A model generated the notes under the pieces. It saw nothing but the letters and a program-made list of their open reading frames with translations. It ran no database searches and was not told where the DNA came from. Shown here one piece after another: positions 62,346 through 64,000 of a DNA stretch of 64,000 bases. Made by a program: the position numbers and the translations under genes. The stretch lies in NCBI RefSeq assembly GCF_009914755.1, contig NC_060936.1. One strand, given 5' to 3'. Positions within the stretch are counted from its first letter, which is position 1. Each line of letters begins with the position of its first letter. This DNA comes from the human T2T-CHM13v2.0 reference genome, Homo sapiens.

Positions 62346-63975
62346 GGGGTGACATTAGCAAGACGACAAAGTAGGAGATGCCAGCCTTTATACTTCCACA
62401 AAACACAACAATTAGACAGCTATCCACAAACAAAAATAGACCTAGGAGGGCTCAAAAATCCAGTAAGCAAGAACACAGTGGAAAAAAAAAAGTCACTTGG
62501 GAGATTGGCTTAGCAATGTCTGCAGATGGCCATAAACAAAGATTAAACAAACAGGGATGAGTTATGTGTATCAGCCATATGTTGGGTCCCATCATGATCC
62601 ACAGTGGCCTATCCTCTAAAGGACCTTGGTAGTCTTAGCCACTGAGGACCTCAACAACCCCCACAGCAGAAAACCCCATAGTGTTTGTTGGCACTGACCC
62701 CATTGGCCTACTCTACAGAGGACATCAGTAGCTTTTGCCACTGAGGTAACCAACAGCCATCCCACCATAGATCTCCAGGAGAGGGAAACATTGCTGCGTA
62801 CTGTCTAAAAGGATGTGCTTTTGTGTTGACCAGAGACCAGGGCTGCCACCCCTACCCCCAACCCCATGACTGCTCTGGAACACAGAGCCACAATTTCTCT
62901 GTACACACATGCACCTCGGACCCCAGTTCTGCGAACACTCTGCACATGCCCACACTCCATACCTAGCTCTATGGCTGTTGCACATACGCTTGTGTCTCAG
63001 GCACTAGAGCCACAGCTGTCAAAGTATAGCCAGTGCCCTGGACACAGAGCCACTGTCTATCTGCATGTGTTCACACTCTGGACCCTGGCTATATGGTCAC
63101 TTGGCAGGCTCCTGCATCTCAAACATTGGAACTCCTGTCAATGTGGGCTAGCCAGAGCCCTGGACCCTGGAGCTGCTGTCTGTCCACAGTGCCTGCACTC
63201 CAGACCCTATCTCTGTGGCTGCTCCGCAGATGCCCACTTGTGCATCAGACACCATTGTCACTGCCACTGTGAGGGTGCCTATGTGCTGGGCTTGGCACCA
63301 AGAGGGATCCCCTCAACCATGACATCTCCTGTGGGAGAAAAAGAGATCAAGAGGTTCCTAGCAGCCACCAAAGATCCCAACTGCTTTCATCACCACTGCA
63401 GACATGCATTGCCTTGGCCATTAAAGAATCCTGCAATCTTTGCCAATGTTAACCTCAGCTGATGAAGCCATGTGGAGATTATACTGGGCCTTCCCCAAAG
63501 CTATAATTTCCACACTCCATCCAGTCAGTGCCCTCACACCAACCTGCAGGTGAATGTCTTTTCCCGTGAAGCTAGTCTATAAAGTCTAGAAGGAATAACT
63601 GCTCCATCAATTGCTCAGATACCAATGCAAAACTATAAGATACATGCGAAGTCAAGGAAACATACCATCAGAGGAACACAATTTTCCAGGAACTGATCTA
63701 AAAGAAGTAGAGATCTGTAAATTGCTGGGCAAAGAATTTAAAATAAATGTCTTAAGGAAGCTCAGTGAGTTCAAAGAGAACATAGGTAACTCTGAAATAA
63801 GGAAAACATACAAACTAGCAGCTCAATGGAGATAAATAATAAAAAAGAACTTCTGGAGCTAAAGAATACAATGAATAACATGAAAAATGCAATAGAGAGC
63901 ATCAATAGCAGCCTTAATCAAGTAGACCAAAAATCTGTGAACTGTAAGACAGATCATTTGAAATTATCTAGTCAT
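62346..63975 (+). mobile_element. L1M (L1MA-type) 5'UTR and degraded start of ORF1
   Basis: ggggtgacattagcaagacg start, GC-rich repetitive 5'UTR, ORF1-like KEFKINVLRKLSEFKEN. Confidence 0.75.
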
Positions 63976-64000
63976 TCTAAGTGAAGTAGCTCAGGAATGA

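Noticed and set aside
62866-63462. 198-aa ORF
   Set aside because: Lies in the repetitive 5'UTR of an old L1M element; no recognisable homology

Overview
Primate (human-type) genomic DNA containing the 5' part of ABCC9 (SUR2, the sulfonylurea-receptor subunit of KATP channels) on the minus strand. The CpG-island promoter is at about 57.7-59.3 kb, followed by two non-coding 5' exons and 13 coding exons (ATG at 53403, c.1 to c.1911, residues 1-637: TMD0, L0, TMD1 and the linker towards NBD1). All have GT-AG junctions and consistent phase, and the gene continues past the left edge. Introns are repeat-rich: a full-length L1PA4/5-type element splitting a MER75, nested old L1s, Alus, MIR, L2, MaLR LTRs and hAT MITEs. 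No new protein-coding system is supported. The best non-routine observations are a TSD-flanked ~1.65 kb retrocopied non-coding RNA polyadenylated at a THE1 LTR signal (46467-48153), candidate stop-containing cryptic exons (5617-5666, 42151-42278), a strong-Kozak uORF, a perfect 3x20-bp repeat of ROR-type sites, a very young L1 micro-insertion, and an L1 antisense promoter pointing into downstream ABCC9 exons. Exon coordinates were checked base by base. Old-repeat boundaries and subfamily names are approximate and come from recalled consensus sequences.
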